DNA from: Macrostomum hystrix
Taxonomy: Eukaryota; Animalia; Platyhelminthes
Length of the DNA stretch: 64,000 nucleotides
Assembly (NCBI GenBank): GCA_950097015.1
Contig: CATNEN010000038.1
Coordinates: 22,320,001 to 22,384,000, forward strand
Direction: 5' to 3'
A program made the position numbers and the translations under genes. Positions 11,593 to 24,224 of this stretch are shown in pieces (position 1 is the first letter of the stretch; each line of letters opens with the position of its first letter). Under the pieces are notes generated by a model, which did no database searches, was not told the origin of the DNA, and worked only from the letters and a program-made list of their open reading frames with translations.

Positions 11593-14500
11593 ATGATGCT
11601 GTGCATTAGTTGTAGTCAGTTCAGTATCATTCATTGTTCTAGCCAAGATGTTGGTCATACTGCCACTTCACTGCAGTCTATATCGCCTTGGTGCACAGGA
11701 TGGGTTAGTGCCAAGTTTTGCCTATATCCACAAGATTTGATTCTTGGCCTAGATGAGCCAGTCAAGGTGCAAAAGATTCAAATAGTTTCACATCCACTCT
11801 GCATTGCCTCAAAGGTAGGTTTTTTAGTTGTTTGAAAATTTTTATTTTAAACCATCTTAATGTCTTTCTATCGAGCTACCAAGCCAGTGGTTTTAGCTTT
11901 GGAATTCACACTGAAAGGTCATGAGCTCGAATCTCTGCAAAATGGGAACAAATTGTGCCCTCAAGCAATCAATACCCTAGTGCTTTGCTTCAGTTCAGCC
12001 ATGCTGCTAAATGGGTAGCAGAATTAATTGGTTTAAAAACTGTTAGTTAGTTTGTAGGCCTCCCTTGTCCATGGACTGAACATCTAGTACAGTCTTTAGA
12101 AGTGCCAAGCTATGGATGTGCCCCTGCCCACTGGCAAGTTCTCATTAGAAATCCTAATTTATATTCAATTCATATTTTGTTACATTCTTTATGCATAAAG
12201 TTATGCATATAAAGTTAACTAAAGTTAAAGTTACAATCAGCTATTGCTCAAAAACCACTCAACAGATTGAGTTCTACATAGGCGACTGTCCACCAGAGGA
12301 ACCTCGTCACATAAACAATGTCCGCTGGAGTCGACTCGGTCACGTGACATTGCTTAGCAACCAGAAACCCGGCGATGAAAAGCGTCGCGAATTGAAATCC
12401 ATTCACTTAGAGGCTAATGGAAGCTTTGTGAAGCTTTGTTTCCATAGCAACCATAGCGATCCGGTTAGAAATCCATACAATCAGGTGGGCATTGTGGCTC
12501 TAGCTGTTCAATCTCAGCCATTGGAAGATGCTGAAGTCTCAACAGGCAATGCAGCTGCCGCCTATCAGTCGCCCTACACCGATCTGGGCTTCGATTTAAC
12601 CTGCCATCCTCGCCTAGCTGACCTTGTGCGCCAGCTTGACTGGCAGAAGCAACAGTTGGTTGCTAAGGAGCTACTAGGCGCAGCTGAAGGCGTGCAGGTA
12701 AATTTATAATTAATTAATCACAAGTTACTGAAAATCAATGACTAACTATTAGTTGAATGACATTGCACTTCTTATCTGTGTGTTATGGGAGGTTGTTTTT
12801 ATCGATTTTATCGAAATATAGCGCTATAACTAGCTAAGTTCTTAGGCCTTTTCTAAATACACTATAAAGTACAGTGCTTTAGAATCTTGTGAATTGAGAA
12901 TCGAGATTTGGGACATGTTAACCAATGGTTAGGGAGTGTGAATTATAATTGGGCCATAGACGAAATTTGAAAGGCAAAGAAACAGATTGAAAATGTAGAA
13001 ACATTTTTCCTCGCACAGGCCCGCATAGCTGCCGCGGTGACCAATGGCCAAGAGCTGGCCCAGCTAGAGCTGGCCAAAGCTGCCGCTATCGCCGCAGAAG
13101 ACTACGGACTAGCTGAGGAATGCCGACTGGCCATTCAGACTAAATTGGAGGCCGCTATTTTGGCTGCATCAGTTTCTGCTGGCACTGTTGGTGACCAAAA
13201 TGAAGCTATGGAGGTTAGCAACGCCATGGAAACAGACAGAGATACATTGCGACGCTCGGGAGAACACGACACTGATAATCAGTTAGAGAGTACGGCTGTG
13301 TCCACGCCGAGGACAAAGGTTGCACCGAATAGAGATCGTCGGTTAATTCAGAGTTATGATGAGACCACTCCCAGCACTACAGGTTAGTCAGCACATTGAT
13401 TTGCTGTCTGCCTTGCTTGTTGCTTTTAGATTGGCCTATTAGACTTATTTAGGGGATGGTAGCATTGGTGGCTGAAGATTAGGGGATGGTAGCATTGGTG
13501 GCTGAAGATTAGGGGATGGTAGCATTGGTGGCTGAAGATTAGGGGATGGTAGCATTGGTGGCTGAAGATTAGGCGATGGTAGCATTGGTGGCTGAAGATT
13601 AGGGGATGGTAGCATTGGTGGCTGAAGATTAGGGGATGGTAGCATTGGTGGCTGAAGATTAGGGGATGGTAGCATTGGTGGCTGAAGATTAGGGGATGGT
13701 AGCATTGGTGGCTAAAGATTAGGGGATGGTAGCATTGTGGGAGTGTACACTGCCTGACGATAAGAAAGTCAGGGCAGATGTGCACACCTGGGTGAGTGTG
13801 TGCCTGCGTACGTTATCTGTGTGCGTGTGTGCTCAGGAGTTAGCGAAATGGGCAGAATTGCCTCCTCTGCTGACTCATGGCTGGTGTCACCAATTGATGT
13901 GCCATTTTCCGCAGCCCTCCTGAAAACTATTAATTATTATTATTAAAGCTAAGCCTCATAAGATATACTAAAGTCCTGTCTGAAATCGCCGTTGTCAGAA
14001 CCAGTCCATCGATGACCAGCCTGTTCTTGCAACTGGTCGAAAATCCGACATTGCCAACGATCTTGACGCGGATGCCGAAGCTCCGGCTGATTCAGATCCT
14101 GCTAATTCCGCAGCGGCTGTCGCTGACTCTGGCGTCCTTCCGTCCGACCTGGTTGCCAAGGCCGGCTCAACTTCGCGTTCTGTTCGAGCTGAAGCTCTTG
14201 TTGAACTGACCAGCCTTGTATCTAGCGGCTCTATCACTGCAGCTTCAACATCAACAGACTCTGCGCCGACCACGCCTGCCGCATTTTATCAGGCTGCTCT
14301 GGCCCTCTGTCAGCGTGGCTTCGAAGACGCCGCTGTGACAGTTCACGAGGCCGCTCTGCCACTCGGCCGGGCCCTTTTGGTTGGCTTCGTTGACAAACAC
14401 GGCCTGCCGGGATCAGATCTGCACTACGGCTGCTGCAGGCTCACACCTCCCCTGCTCGTTAAGCTGGGCGACACGGCGGCTAGAATTCGAGATTCGGCTA

Positions 14501-15476
14501 GGGATTTTCTGCTGGAAATGGCCGGCTGGCCTAAGGTGAGCCCTGACCCAGCATTCTAAATCCTGACCCAGCATTCTAAATCCTGACCCAGCATTCTAAA
14601 TCCTGACCCAGCATTCTAAATACTGACCCAGCATTCTAAATACTGACCCAGCATTCTAAATACTGACCCAGCATTCTAAATGCTAATCCAGCATTCTTAA
14701 TCCTAACCCAGCATTCTAAATACTGACCCAGCATTCTAAATACTGACCCAGCATTCTAAATCCTGACCCAGCATTCTAAATCCTGACCCAGCATTCTAAA
14801 TACTGACCCAGCATTCTAAATACTGACCCAGCATTCTAAATACTGACCCAGCATTCTAAATACTGACCCAGCATTCTAAATCCTAACCCAGCATTCTAAA
14901 ATCCTGACCCAGCATTCTAAAATCTTGACCCAGCATTCTAAATCCTGACCCAGCATTCTAAAATCCTGACCCAGCATTCTAAAATCCTGACCCAGCATTC
15001 TAAATCCTGACCCAGCATTCTAAATCCTGACCCAGCATTCTAAATCGTGACCTAAAGTGTGTTGCCAACGCTCTTCCGTTGCGCAGGTCCGCCAGATGCC
15101 GGACGCCCCAGTAGTTCATCTCTGCCTTCGTCCATTGCGTCGCGGCGCGGCCACACTCGAGCGCCTGGCTGTGGCCCGGGTTCAACTGGCCGGCGCTCTG
15201 TACAAACAGCTGGGCCTGACCACCAGTAAGGCTGCAAAATCTAGTGGCGGTGGCGGCGTTAGTCTGGGTCCTCTCCTGACATTTGCATTCAGCGCACTGA
15301 GTCAGCCCCAGATTGAGACCCGTCGAGCCGCCGAATCTCTGCTGCTGGAGCTTGCCAACAGGCCGGATTGTCGCGATCGAGTTAAGCGTCGACTAGCGAA
15401 GGCGACAGCAGAAGCTTCGGACTCTGGCAATGGCGATCTGCCGGCCTTTAAATCGTTGGCCGCTAAATTGAAATAA
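11593..15476 (+). CDS. CEP104: CEP104-like protein; exons about 11593-11814, 12266-12697, 13019-~13318/13382, 13999-14535, 15087-15476
   Basis: N-terminal jelly-roll motifs GW.S.KFC.YPQ, SK|IEFYIG, RLGHV.L..N, RELKS, NPYNQV; HEAT/TOG-like KLGDTAARIRD; start and exon 3/4 junction uncertain. Confidence 0.8.
11875..12125 (+). mobile_element. degenerate SINE family A copy (intronic)
   Basis: retains CTTCAGTTCA..CTAAATGGGTA and GTCCATGGACTGAACA. Confidence 0.6.
13447..13737. repeat. 30-bp intronic minisatellite
   Basis: unit ATTAGGGGATGGTAGCATTGGTGGCTGAAG, about 10 copies. Confidence 0.95.
13739..13925 (+). mobile_element. SINE family B, 3' half
   Basis: GAGTGTACACTGCCTGACGA...GCAGCCCTCCTG followed by AT tail. 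Confidence 0.75.
14540..15050. repeat. 20/21-bp intronic minisatellite
   Basis: unit CCTGACCCAGCATTCTAAAT, about 25 copies, fills the intron. Confidence 0.95.
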
Positions 15477-16004
15477 TTTAATCAAAAGTTAATGTGTTTG
15501 AGAGAAAGCAAGGATTTCCTTCCATGAGTTTTATCCATGGACTGAGCAGCTGTACTCAAACTTTGGATTTGCTGGGTAATAGGTGCGGCTGTGCCTTCGT
15601 TTTGTTTTATCTGTCCCGGTTTTAGTTAAACTGTGCGAAGTATTTTTTGCGCTGCTCAATTCTATTCTTCGTTTTGTAGTACTATCTATCTACTAATAGT
15701 AGAATGTTAAGTTAGCGATATGATAGAAACTGGGTGGGATTTTCTGAGGCAGCAAGAAGTTGACATTAATCAATTAATCAACACATTAATCAATGTCTTT
15801 GATTAATTATTATGGAAATTTAAATGTCCTTTACCATGTTGTACGAATCGCTTTGCACAATTGTATTGCTATTTCTGGCTTCTCTACAACTGTCTAGTTA
15901 ACTTATTCACATTTTCGAGACTTTGAATGGTAGATTTTTCAGCTACGTAATTTTTCTAAACAAAACGCAACGTAAATTTTTCGAATTTCGGGGATTTTCC
16001 GACG

Positions 16005-16200
16005 GATTTCCCGACAGGAATTTCCGACATGGATTTCCCGACAGGGATTTCCCGACAGGGATTTCCCGACAGGGATTTCCCGACAGGGATTTCCCGACAG
16101 GGATTTCCCGACAGGGATTTCCCGACAGGGATTTCCCGACAGGGATTTCCCGACAGGGATTTCATGACAGGAATTTCCCCCCGACATGAATTTCCCGACT
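16005..16200. repeat. 14-bp minisatellite
   Basis: unit GGGATTTCCCGACA. Confidence 0.9.
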
Positions 16201-16819
16201 CCTAAATTATTAGAATTTCAAAGAAGTTATATCCGAAAAGTTAAATAAAATAATGATAAACTAAACTATGCGACAAGGTGTCCAATATTCACGTACACTA
16301 TTATCTTTAACGTGTATAGAGTCAACGTCTTACTTTTTCTCGGCCTTTATTGCTATTTCTTTACAATATATCTGTGATAAACTTTTTTCCAATATCTTGC
16401 TGTCGTGGTAACTGGAACACAATCTGTTACTTTTTGTGTTACTCGTAGTTTTTTATTTGCAGTAGAAATCGAAATGTTTACTCACCTTAAAATGCCTTCC
16501 TTCGCGATTAGTACAAACTAAACATTTTTTACAAGCTTCAATGAAATCGTTGCATATTTTAATAACTAGGATATAATGCACGATGTCACTGTTTTCTTTC
16601 GTGCCTTTTTATTTATTTTCCAAAAATATACCGTCCTACTATTCTCACTTTTTTCTTTAAAACTAAAATATTTTATTCATGTTGACGCTTGAAAAAATCA
16701 CTTGTGTTTGAGTTACTTGTATTGACGAGAGTCTAGGTCATTGTAGATATCTTTTGTTAATTACTCGTAATTATAGTTACTAGTTTTTAGACTATTTTGA
16801 CTACTTGTGTGTGCGAGTT

Positions 16820-17345
16820 ATTGTCCAGATAGTTTCTAGGTCATTGTCCAGATAGTGTCTAGGTCATTGTCCAGATAGTGTCTAGGTCATTGTCCAGATA
16901 GTTTCTAGGTCATTGTCCAGATAGTTTCTAGGTCATTGTCCAGATAGTGTCTAGGTCATTGTCCAGATAGTGTCTAGGTCATTTTCCAATAATAATAATG
17001 ATAATTGATTGCACCCGTCCGATTGGGCCAGATGTGCAGCCGACAGCACAGCCGCAGCTATTGCGCGGCGCATCTGAAGGCTGCGTACGGCTGATCAGTC
17101 CATGGACTGAGGCAACGCCACACCCACCTTCAATTATCCCAGCTAATGCTCGTACCCATTTAACAGCTGGGTGAACTGAAGCAATGCAGAGTTAAGTATC
17201 TTGCTGAAAGACACAAATTGTTCCATTTGAGTCAGGAATCGAACCACCGAACTTCAAGTCGTGAGTCCGACGCTCTAACCACAAGGCTACAACCTCTTGT
17301 CCAGATAGTGTCTAGGTCATTGTCTAGCTAGTGTCTAGGTTATTG
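16820..17345. repeat. 23-bp minisatellite interrupted by a SINE
   Basis: unit TCATTGTCCAGATAGTGTCTAGG at 16820-16985, resuming at 17297-17345. Confidence 0.85.
17003..17296 (-). mobile_element. SINE family A, full length
   Basis: tRNA-like head at 17296 end, (ATT)n tail near 16990. Confidence 0.85.
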
Positions 17346-17511
17346 TAGTGAATCTTCTGAACGCCATTGTTTTGACCTGTGTCTGAATCGTATCTGTGTT
17401 GGTGTCTGTGTCTGAGTTATTTCTAACAGTCGTGAAATCCCATTGTGATAATATACAACTGATTCACCGCGTCAACCAATCAGATGTCGAATCGATTATG
17501 TCTGCCCGCAG

Positions 17512-19420
17512 CTTCAGCCAATCAGATTGCTCGCATCCAGGCGGCTGGCACTAGCCATCGCTCCTCGTTGGAGGCGCTTTAAAACTACCGTCAACGGTGG
17601 CGACAGTGCCTCCTCGTCGACAGACGCGCCAACGGACGAAGCAGCCGTCGACATCGACGATGACTTCGATCCGAGCCTGCTGCCACTTGGCGACGATCTT
17701 CGCCGCTATCCGTCCCACCGACCTTTAGACTGGCTTCAACGATCTGTCATCGCCGCCGGCTCCGGGATTGCCTGCCTGGCCGCGCCGTGGCGCGATGACA
17801 TGATCGCCGCGTTCGGCGAAACCACAGGCGAGTCGGCGCTGAGGAGAATGCGCGACGCGATGCTAGCAGACGAGGACGGGCGTAGAATACTGGCCGAGCG
17901 GCCTAGGATACGCACCATAGATGGTAGGATTCACCTGCAGTCTTGATCCCTGCTGTCTTGATCCCTGCAGTCTTGATCCCTGCTGTCTTGATCCCTGCAG
18001 TCTTGATCCATGCATTCCACACTGCCTGCATTCCACACTTCACATTTATCAGTCGGGGGTGAGTTGCAAAGTGGTCTAACGCGTTTGCCTCTCGCAAAGA
18101 GGTCCCTGAGCTCGATTCCGCGGCGAGGCCACATTCATTTTGTGGCGCAGCCGCGATGAGAAGGCTAGGGGGCTTGTCGTGCAATTTACGCCAGTGAGAT
18201 TGTACACTGCCTGACTATGAGAAAGTCAGGGCAGATGTACACAAGTGAGTGTGCCTGCGTACGGAATATGTGCGCGTGTGCTCAGGAGTCAGCGAAACGG
18301 GCAGAACTGCCTCCTCGATGGCTGCTGTTCTGTTGTCATCAAATGATGTGTCATTGCTTGCAGCCCTCCTGAAATTATATAATTATTATTACATTTATCA
18401 CTCCCTACATTCCACACTGCCTACATTAGGAAATCCCTGCATTCTATTCTTGCCGCATTCCCTCACCCATACAGGCGGCGGCAGTCTGAGCCTCGATTCC
18501 CTGCGCCAGCTGCCCGAAGGCAGCCTCGGTCGTGCCTACGCCGTGTTTCTCGACCGCTACGGCTACAGCCCAAACGATAGGCGAACTGTGTGCTTCGTTG
18601 ACGACCCCGAGCTGGCCTACGTTATGCAACGCTACAGGGAGACTCACGATCTCAATCACGTGCTGCTAGGACAGGTGAGTTCAAATGTATAGAATCTGAC
18701 GAATTTTATGGAATCTGATGTAGTTTATGGAATCTGACGAATTATATGGAATCTGACGAATTCTATGGAATCTGATGTAGTTTATGGAATCTGACGAATT
18801 CTATGCAATCTGACGAATTCTATGGAATCTGACGAATTCTATGGAATCTGACGAATTCTATGCAATCTGACGAATTCTATGGAATCTGACGAATTCTATG
18901 GAATCTGACGAATTCTATGGAATCTGACAAATTCTATGGAATCTGATGTAGTTTGTGGAATCTGACGAATTATATGGAATCTGACGAATTCTATGGAATC
19001 TGACGAATTATATGGAATCTGACGAATTATATGGAATCTGACTAATTAAACGGAATCTGACGAATTATATGGAATCTGACGTAGATAATGGAATCTGACG
19101 CATCTTTTTCGTGATATTTAAACAAACCGCCTGCCTCCCGTGAGCAGGGCACTGACTTCCTCGGCGAGGTTGTTGTCAAATGGTTCGAAGCCTTTCAAAC
19201 CGGCCTGCCGTTGTGCGTCACCGGCGCCCTGCTGGGCAGCCTTCGACTCCGGCCAAAGCAGACCAAGCGTTACCTGGATGGCGGCTACCTGGCATTTGCG
19301 TTGCGCGCCGGCTCTGAGGCTAAGCTGACCTTTAATTATTATTTTGAGCGCAACTGGCGGCTACCCTTGGCGGAGGTGCGGGACCAGCTGAGAATTCCGG
19401 AACCGCCGGCTTTGAAGTAG
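17512..19420 (+). CDS. COQ4: ubiquinone biosynthesis protein COQ4; exons ~17512-17923, 18475-18674, 19148-19420
   Basis: [36 protein letters not shown] (HDxxH), [16 protein letters not shown]; phases compatible; in-frame ATG not located. Confidence 0.92.
17935..18010. repeat. 15-bp intronic minisatellite
   Basis: unit CCTGCAGTCTTGATC. Confidence 0.85.
18052..18390 (+). mobile_element. SINE family B with 10-bp TSD
   Basis: TSD ACATTTATCA at 18042-18051 and 18391-18400; (ATT)n tail. Confidence 0.85.
18690..19100. repeat. 19-bp intronic minisatellite
   Basis: unit GGAATCTGACGAATTCTAT, about 21 copies. Confidence 0.95.
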
Positions 19421-19859
19421 ATTTTCGTCTTATTCACAATGCTCAGTATAAAAGCACACTATTGTTTCATTGCCGCATTACACATTTAGAATATACTTTT
19501 TTCACACTTTTTTTATCAACGTCTGCATAAAACTTGTGCTTTAAATAGTTGTCTGCCTATTGGCTTGTTTTTTTTTCGACCGATTCGAACGATTATAAAA
19601 ACGATCTGTGCAACTGAATCTCAACTGTTTGACTCGCTTTTTCATGCACCAATTAAGAAGTTTAAACAAGTATAGAGTAGTTTAATTTTAGAGTGCATTT
19701 TTGCATCAGTGCTATGAATAGATTTTAGTACCTTTATAAAGTGACAACTAAACTATTTTGTTATAAAGGCTCAGAATATATGTACAGCAATATCTTGGCG
19801 CAATTTTGCAAGCTCGGAATTCTTCAACATGCAAAGGCTGGCTATAAGCTTAGTCTAGT

Positions 19860-22800
19860 ATGACGTCAAATACGATCAACCAGGTAAATATGATTGGAAA
19901 ATTGTATTATGCAAATCTTATTTAGAATTGTAAATCAAATAAATAAGGTTGAAATTGTTCGCAGGCAATTATCCATGCACTCACAATTTAGATCATAAAG
20001 TACGTTCACTCCGGCAAGTGTGAGGAATTAAAAGCAGCAGCAAATCTCAAAGCCATGCTGCAAGAGAGGGACAGTAATAACCGCACAGTGCTGATCAATG
20101 CCGCTAACGTGAAATGCCCTCACAAGAGATTTACCGAGTGCATCGAGCTTATGCTAAGACTGGGCGCCGATCCGGCTGCCGCCGACAGTGACGGCGACAC
20201 CGCGGCTCACGTAGCAGCCCGATCCGGCAACCTGAAGATGCTCGCCATCTTGCCATTCAATTCCAAGTTCCTTCTCAACAGGGAAGGCTGCACACCCCTG
20301 ATGGAGGCTGTGAGGAAAGGCCGCTTCCGTTGTGTCAAGCACCTGCTGCACCTATTCAGACAGCAGCATTATTACCCGGAAAAGATTTCTCTGCTGAATT
20401 TGAAGAACAAGCTGGGACTATCGGCTATGGACATGGCGAAACGCAGCGAAAGAGGACGCGATATTAAGCAGGATATAATCGACATATTAGAAAAGTAAGT
20501 GTATAAAAACAAATTTTAATAATACAAAATATTTTTATTACTTTCGCACTCAATAAAGGTGCTGATTTTTATAATATATAAATGTTATACAAACATGTAG
20601 TATTATAGTATAGGTGGCGGAGTGGCGAAGCGGTTAACGTTTCTACTTACTGCACCCATATCACGCAAGCGAGGCCACATTAATTTAGGGCGCAGTCGCG
20701 AATAGAAAGCATGGGGGTCTTTTTTGTAACAAACGCCCTTGCCATTGTACCCTTGCTAACCCCCGGAGCACAATATGAGACAGTACACTGCCTGACGATG
20801 AGAAATTCAAGTGCAGATGCACGTTTGTATGTGTGCTGGGTACGGGTATCTGAGCGTGTGTGTATCTGGCTTAAGGCGTCGGTGGAAACTGCAGAATTAC
20901 CCTTTCGATGGCTGCAGTTACTGAAAAATTTCAATCTTTCATATTGGTTACATAAAAAACCGCATTTGGTTCATTTTTTCCAAAAACTACTTACACTACT
21001 TGATACTGTGCGAAGTGTATTATGTTATTTCAGCGAAATTGCATTGTTCCTCTGCGATGGCAAGCTCAGCGGACTCTCGAGTAAGGTGAGCTCAAAAAGC
21101 AATAAATCATGCACAGTTCAACCAAGACAATCGTTCCCACCTATTTGCAAAAACAAAATTACACAACATTTTCAGCAGCTGGAGATTTACAAGCAGATGA
21201 AACAACTCGCACTGAGCGGTAATTACACGGAGCTGCAACAGGTGGCCACACGAGTCCACTGCGACCTACCTGACGAGACAGGTCGGACGGTGCTGTCCTG
21301 GGCTGCTGCGGCTAACATCAGCTCATCGCACAGTATGCAGCTAACAATGCACGCGCTAATTGAAATCGGCGATCCAACAGCGGCGGATGTTAATGGCGCA
21401 ACCAGCCTGCATTATGCAGCGCTCTATCAGAAGGTGCACGCAGTTGGACTTCTTCTTGACCAGGGCGTACCGGCCAATATTCGCGACATGCAAGAACAAA
21501 CGCCCGTTATGTGGGCGGCGACTGTTCCAAGCAAAGCCAGTGGTACTCTACTCACACTATTAAGTTCAGGGGCAGACCATGAGCTTGAAGACAGCGAGGG
21601 TAGAACAGCACTATGGCTGTCCAAGAGTAACACTTCCAACCTTGCACTGACAACTCTGATTCAAGGGTGAGCTGACTGCTCAAAACTAAAATTATTTTGA
21701 TATTGGTTGCTTAGCAGATTACCGATAATAAATTATACAGAGCGAATGCATCATTAAATTGCCTAATTCAGAGGAGCAACTACAAGCGATGAGAACACCT
21801 CCCAAAGTAGAGCATTCAGAGGCGCTGAGGCACATCACCTGGCTTCTAATGCTTATCCGTCGAAGACGACGACGCCTTTGGACTTCATAGAGTCGAAAAT
21901 CAGACGACTGTTTAAAATGTGAATCACAATTCGCTAATTTATAATTTAGAGGCTACAACATTGTTTGTCTGCTTATGCGTCCTGAAATGTTTATCCAGTG
22001 CAAATTTACACACCACTTTCCATCCACAGGTCATCGCGAAAAGGAAGTTTAAATAATCCGCCCGAAATCGCGAATTTTAGGTATTGTAGCAAATTACGAG
22101 CATATTACAATAATGTAGCAATTGACAAGGATTATTATAACGAATTTACTTCGCAATTTTAGGCCAGAAAGGCACATTGATGAGGCAGCCATTTATCCGA
22201 TGACTTCACCAGGTCTACTTGTAATGTTTAACGTCAAGAATTACGACTCCGGGCGATACGGACAACGGACTGGATCCGGCAAGGATGTTGAACGATTGAA
22301 GGAGATCGCAGCGGAACTTAAATTTAACGTCGTACTTTATGAAGATAGAACAGCAGAAGAGTTGAAGGTCTGCCTGAAGAAACTGGCCAATGACACTGAG
22401 ACGCTGGAGAAAGCGGGATGCTTAATTTGCGTCTTGATGTCCCATGGAGAAAATGGGGCCATAGTCATGAAAGATGGCAAAAAGCGGCAGATCAATAAAA
22501 TCATTCAAGAGTTCAACTCCAGCTGGTGTCCCTCTCTTAAGAACAAGCCGAAGCTGTTCATTGTTCAAGCATGTCGCGGTGAAGGCATGGACATTCATAG
22601 ATCAGCTTCAGCTTCCACAGACGCGGGCCTGACTGGAGATTCTACTCCGTATTGTCGAGTCGAGAGTGACATTGCCATTTGTTACGCAACCACTGAAGGA
22701 CGCGCAGCGTATCGAAGCGAAACCGAGGAAGAGGGCTCGCCCTTCATCCAGACACTGTGCGAAGTGCTGCATGAGTTCCATGCCACCGAGCACATGCTGG

Positions 22801-22925
22801 ACATGCTGACCATTGTGAACCAACGACTTGGCCAGCGGCCCATCAAGTGTCCTCATGGTGACTGGTATATGGTGTCGCAGACTGTCACTCAGTTGTCAAG
22901 GAAGTTTTACTTGAGAAAATCGTAG
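19860..22925 (+). CDS. ankyrin-repeat caspase; predicted exons 19860-19883, 19992-20494, 21034-21085, 21176-21666, 21772-21918, 22030-22080, 22163-22925 (676 aa)
   Basis: ankyrin motifs DGDTAAHVAA, GCTPLMEA, NGATSLHYAA, QTPVMWAA, GRTAL; peptidase C14 motifs RTGS..D, MSHG, KPKLFIVQACRG, AYR, GSPFIQ; six GT-AG introns with compatible phases give one stop-free frame. Confidence 0.8.
20611..20925 (+). mobile_element. degenerate SINE family B (intronic)
   Basis: GCGAGGCCACATT, GTACACTGCCTGACGATGAGAAA, GCAGAATT shared with family. Confidence 0.65.
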
Positions 22926-24224
22926 GCACATCAGCCTAGTCGAAAAGTCATTCACGCTGATTGAATCAGAAAAAAAACTGATTGATCGATCGAATTACTT
23001 TTTAGTAAAAGGTTCCGATCAACCTCATGAATTGATCATGCTGAAATGTAGCTGTGCTTTACCTCCGACCGTAATTGAGATAAACGGAATGTCTCTGTTC
23101 GTAAGAGGTTTTGAGGCCAAGTTTTCAAGCTTTTGGAATAAATGTTAGCAAATTACGATTATCTTTATAACAACCTCTGTCAGAAGTTTACGCCAGGGAA
23201 TGATAAGGTTAAATTGAGTAAAAAAGAGATTATAACATGCTTGACATTTGCAAAGACAGCACAAACAACTATCTATATTGCGTCATTTAAAGCGTCAGTT
23301 TATTACGAAGGTGACATATATTATTATAAAAATAGAAGGACGTGAAATTAGTCAAATGGTAATTTTTGGCATAGTTTGTCTTTGGTTGCATTAGAGATAT
23401 TATAGCTAAAGTATTGTTAGCATGCAAAGTATGATGGCAGTGCTTAATCGAGCTCTACAAAGGAAATTTTTTTAGTTAGCTTCAATAACGATTATTTAAA
23501 GGACCAACGTTTAAATTATTTTTGGTGACACTTCGTAGAATAAATTTACTATAATGTATACACTTGACTAAGCTCCGAATGAGCACCACCAAGACAGAAT
23601 ATTTGAGTACTATACTACTACAACGGATTTGGCACAAGTAGTTCTCCAAAACACTATGGATTTATTTAAAAAGAACATTGAAAATAGGCTATGTTTAGTA
23701 TACAAAGGCTCACACTAGTATTAGTGACCAGCCAGACACAAAGAGACACAACGGGACAATTGGCGAGCAAGGCGAGCAACGCGCGGGAGGCGCACAGCGA
23801 AAAAGCGACCTCCAAGCTTTGTATTTTTTTTTAACGGGTTACAAAGAATTGAAAAAGGTAATATTTGTATTCGAGTAAAAAGCAGAAATTGAATTAAAAA
23901 AAAACTCAAGCGGAGAGCTGCGCGCAAATTGAATCCGAAAACGTGGTGAGAGGCTCACCTAAAAAGGCTAGCAGGCGGCGGGGGTGGGGGACGGCCCCAC
24001 CCCACACAGATGCACAGAGACAGCAAGGGGGCGGGCTGATCACTAAAGCCGGTTTGCACAGGCGCAAGCACCCATGCAAACCAAAGCATTAGTGACCAGC
24101 CAGACACAAAGAGACACAACGGGACAATTGGCGAGCAAGGCGAGCAACGCGCGGGAGGCGCACAGCGAAAAAGCGACCTCCAAACCCCAAAGCGAGCAAG
24201 CGAACAAAAGCAGAAGGCTGGGAG

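Noticed and set aside
18690-19100. Tandem hammerheads (CTGACGA in every unit)
   Set aside because: No GAAA box or stems I and III
20711-21033. N-terminal part of the 319-aa ORF
   Set aside because: Runs through an intronic SINE; only 21034-21085 and 21176-21666 look exonic
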